Shown piece by piece: positions 46,316 to 47,565 of a stretch of 47,565 bases of DNA (positions are counted from its first letter, which is position 1; every line of letters begins with the position of its first letter). The notes under the pieces are model-generated. The model was not told the DNA's origin. It saw only the letters and a program-made list of their open reading frames with translations, and did no database searches. Made by a program: the position numbers and the translations under genes. The stretch is from NCBI GenBank assembly GCA_020536535.1, contig JAHLWZ010000920.1, positions 1 through 47,565 on the forward strand, read 5' to 3'. The DNA comes from Pelomyxa schiedti. Its lineage: Eukaryota > Protista > Evosea.

Positions 46316-47299
46316 TCACAGCTTTTGCTCCTCAACAGCTGTCAGGGGCACACTAGACGGCCTGTCATCATCCCAGAAGAGCACAATAGATACTCTAGCA
46401 TTTCCCAAATCACACCAAAATAGGAACTCCACACCAGCCAGACTAATAAACATAAACCACTCGCCAACAGCCGCTATCATTTTGAATAGAGGTGCATCTG
46501 CAAGTCCCACCTTTCCGCAAATGATGAAGACAGAAACTGCAGTTAGACAGCAAGTATTAGAGGTATGGTAAATTTAAATTTGTACAGCGTATCCAGGGAG
46601 AAAGAAAAAGGGTAGGATCCGTACCAACAAGGAGTCCTATAACAGAGCAACACAGTGACGTTGTGAGTACAACAAACTCCACAGTAGACTTATGTGTGCA
46701 CTTTGCCAGAACACAAGCAAGGAAGTTGTAACAAATAAGCCCCACAAAAGTAACCCCGGCTGCTGTAAACTATGAAACACCCGTTAGAATAGGGGGAACA
46801 AAAAAAAAACCCTTCCAATACATGAATGTGTGGCATGTCTCTCGACTGAAAGGAAGCCACCACCGCGGTTCCAGCCGCAATAGTCACACCCACAATGAGG
46901 GAAGCCAAGTTCGCCCACCTGTACTTCCGGCTCCGATGACCACTCCCAGTAGCCATCCCCACCCCAATCCCAATCCCAGTCGCGGTCCCACAATGAGCAG
47001 CCGCACCCATCCCCCCCAAGGCCATGTACCTCAGCACCACAGACGCGAGGAACAACAGGGCCACGAGCCAGAACCCCGCGGTGAACACGCAGCGCTCGGG
47101 CACCGACACGCCCGTCCCGGATATCGAGGGGAACGGCGACGCTAGGTGGCGGTACGCCGTGGCCAGTGCATACGTGGTAGCGAGCGTGGAGCTGGCAACA
47201 GCGACCGTCACTGTTTATTAGTTGTGTGTGTTCAAACAAGTGATGAAGGAAAGTACTCAGAGGAAAGAATCTTGCTTCGATGTTTCCCAGCCTCACCAT
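46316..47299 (-). CDS. Frag1/DRAM/Sfk1-family multi-pass membrane protein
   Basis: TYALA...H..SPFPSISGTGVSVPERCVF, VLRY, VVASFQ...HIH and AAVGEW match the family pattern. Confidence 0.8.
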
Positions 47300-47565
47300 C
47301 ACCAACAACCTGCCTCGTCAACAGTTTGGGGCACTGCTTGTGACGTTTCCTGAGTCATGGTTCCCAGCCCTTCACGGAAAACACACGAAAGAACAGTTGG
47401 TTTGAAGTTAAAAGAACTAAAAGTGCACAAACCACACAGTTCCGCCTTGCAGGGGTTCCAGTTGTACTTCCTCGTGCGAGCAACGAAGGTGTCCCATTCC
47501 ACCCTGGGCTCAAGTGCCCTGGGCAACTGGCTGATGTGTGGGACACCATGTATCTGGCACCAAAT

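Noticed and set aside
1-47565. tRNA, rRNA, U12-type introns and intact transposase or reverse-transcriptase genes
   Set aside because: None were recognised by eye. A covariance-model or HMM scan would be needed to exclude them formally.

Overview
Gene-dense eukaryotic (protist) genomic DNA with many short spliceosomal introns (mostly 40-100 nt, weak GT donors). One 100-N scaffold gap sits at 1726-1825. Gene content and style suggest an amoebozoan, most likely an archamoeba such as Pelomyxa (inference). Splicing the ORF fragments by hand gives 19 genes: an intronless F-box-like hypothetical protein, an STE-group kinase with a C-terminal propeller, a GNB1L/ASA1 WD40 protein, a UBZ-Di19-RING E3, a 3-PAS hybrid histidine kinase, a CASTOR-like 4-ACT protein, APC5, an OspF/SpvC-like phosphothreonine-lyase homologue, two paralogous CudA-like factors, an MFS transporter, a GT32 glycosyltransferase, a BtpA/SgcQ protein, a USP7-derived MATH-UBL-RING-TRAF chimera, an acid lipase, an R2R3-Myb, a DH-C1 RhoGEF, a WD40-MORN-VPS9 Rab GEF and a Frag1/DRAM membrane protein. 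The top candidates for new biology are three. First, an intron-containing eukaryotic homologue of bacterial phosphothreonine lyase effectors that keeps the catalytic residues and may be tail-anchored (19632-20763). Second, a USP7 scaffold with the protease domain missing and a RING/TRAF E3 module added (29771-33013). Third, a CASTOR-like amino-acid sensor with an altered ligand pocket (14430-16204). All family assignments come from remembered motifs, not database searches, and exon boundaries are manual.
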